A stretch of 64,000 nucleotides of DNA from Asterias rubens (taxonomy: Eukaryota), in contig NC_047062.1 in the NCBI RefSeq assembly GCF_902459465.1, positions 14,880,001-14,944,000 of the forward strand. The letters run 5' to 3'. Both the position numbers and the translations under genes were made by a program. Shown here in pieces: positions 63,201 through 64,000 of this stretch. Position 1 is the stretch's first letter, and every line of letters starts with the position of its first letter. The notes beneath the pieces were generated by a model that saw only the letters and a program-made list of their open reading frames with translations, searched no databases and had not been told where the DNA came from.

Positions 63201-63842
63201 GAATTGAATTGAATTTCTCAAAAACTACGCAACCTTAGTTAGTAATATTTGAAGGGAAGCTGTCCACTATCATTATCTTCAAACCCTGTAAGTTTAATGT
63301 AAATCTGTGGGCATTTTGAAGAAGTACCCAAATCCTTTAAAGAGGCACAAGTTTTGGGTGTAATGAATAATGTAATATACTTTGGTTGTGAAGAAACATA
63401 AGGCCTATAGCTGCATGTATTGTTTCTAAAACGTTGTCCTAATAGAACAACAGAGACGATTTAAAATTGGTCGATATTTCTATAAAAAAAATCATGGTTT
63501 AGCATTACATGGATAGCACGTGTTGGAAATTAATGTATTTAATGCTTACGCAAGAAAACAAATACTCACGAAATTTATATTTTGCCAGAGTTTACACGTG
63601 GTCAGGGTGTTGGTCTTAAAGGTTTGAATGCACACATGGACCTTCAGTTTGATGGATCTCATCGCTTCTGGGTGACTTACGAGAATGGTGAGGTAAAGGT
63701 GGGATTACACGGCCGCAATGGCGAACCGCTGCTTCACTACACCGATCCGAATTTCACGACAAATCAAGTGCGCGTTGTTGAGTTGCACTCTAAGACAATA
63801 ACTCGAACTGAGTGGACGGTTTATCAGCCATGCTTTAAGTAA
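57260..63842 (+). CDS. Secreted protein with a divergent farnesoic acid O-methyltransferase-like (Methyltransf_FA-like) domain, 206 aa, 4 exons
   Basis: Exons 57260-57317 (signal peptide MTFFVLLLTCVIVASIAVE), 60010-60114, 61371-61574 and 63589-63842, all phase 1 and GT-AG. HRFWVTYENGEVKVGLHGRNGEPLLHYTDPN resembles the FWxxW..G.I.VG..G..P.LSW.DP pattern of this domain (from memory). Confidence 0.7.
57971..58349. mobile_element. Kolobok-type MITE family A
   Basis: TTAA|AGACACTGGACACTATTGG...CCAATAGTGTCCACTGCCT|TTAA. Confidence 0.85.
58660..59621 (+). mobile_element. TGT..ACA/CCGG MITE copy 4, containing inverted copy 5
   Basis: CCGG|TGTCGCATGCAATT at 58656 and AATTGCATCTGACA|TCGG at 59608-59625. 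Confidence 0.8.
59064..59528 (-). mobile_element. TGT..ACA/CCGG MITE copy 5, inserted in reverse into an internal CCGG of copy 4
   Basis: The host site reads CATGTCCACCGGACGGTTTTTGC in copy 1. Here it reads CATGTCCG-CCGG-[TGT...GCGACA]-CCGG-ATGGTTTTTGC. Confidence 0.7.
60558..61270. mobile_element. Kolobok-type MITE family C, host of the piggyBac-type MITE
   Basis: TTAA|TGGAACACGTTGCCTTGGATCGGTCGAGTTGG...CCAACTCGACCGATGCAATGCAACGTGTTCCT|TTAA. Confidence 0.7.
60630..60999. mobile_element. piggyBac-type MITE, 370 bp, ~155-bp TIRs
   Basis: TTAA|CCCTCTAGT...ACTAGAGGG|TTAA; arms near-identical with few mismatches. Confidence 0.88.
62061..62850 (+). pseudogene. 5'-truncated, decayed non-LTR retrotransposon RT (L2/CR1 group)
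   Basis: GPVIFLIMINDAAMTTGKRWKYVDDLTIAE, then LRLLGVIVQSDLKWD...ASRRLYILSKLK and YIRPLLEFGAPVWS, with stops and frameshifts. It truncates a family-B MITE at ~62060. Confidence 0.88.
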
Positions 63843-64000
63843 GGCTTAAGATTGCCAAAAAAGTCAAACAAATTAAAGTCACCTGGAAATAGAATTTTTA
63901 TCTGTTCAAACATAATAGTAAGCCTATATGTTTAGTAACAATAAACAAATAATAATAATTGTTTGTAACGATTTATATCTTTAAAAAAATAGATAAAGTT

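Overview
AT-rich, intron-containing animal DNA. A sea star or other echinoderm is my inference from recalled repeat families, not a search result. The window holds five well-supported spliced host genes, and the ORF track shows most of them only in fragments or not at all: a CEBPZOS-like microprotein (26239-27185, +), a secreted, probably GPI-anchored bacterial-type sphingomyelinase C (29153-32730, -), a 12-exon DDX28 helicase (34382-42905, +), YPEL5 (48052-48411, +) and a secreted farnesoic-acid-O-methyltransferase-like protein (57260-63842, +). Two weaker gene candidates are also present. The transposon load is dense and nested. It includes a full-length BEL/Pao LTR retrotransposon (5997-13125) with apparently identical 476-bp LTRs, a TGCAT target-site duplication (TSD), an unusually long tRNA-Tyr-complementary PBS and a frameshift in the integrase core. 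There is also a family of TGT..ACA MITEs sitting in CCGG sites (Ginger-like), foldback elements, Kolobok- and piggyBac-type MITEs, tRNA-derived SINEs and two LINE fragments. The top lead is a 1070-bp non-coding element (54266-55335) with a perfect 5-bp TSD and bipartite terminal repeats: the exact RSS heptamer CACAGTG, 23 bp, then a nonamer-like CCAAAAA, i.e. a Transib/RAG-transposon-like MITE. All alignments were done by eye.
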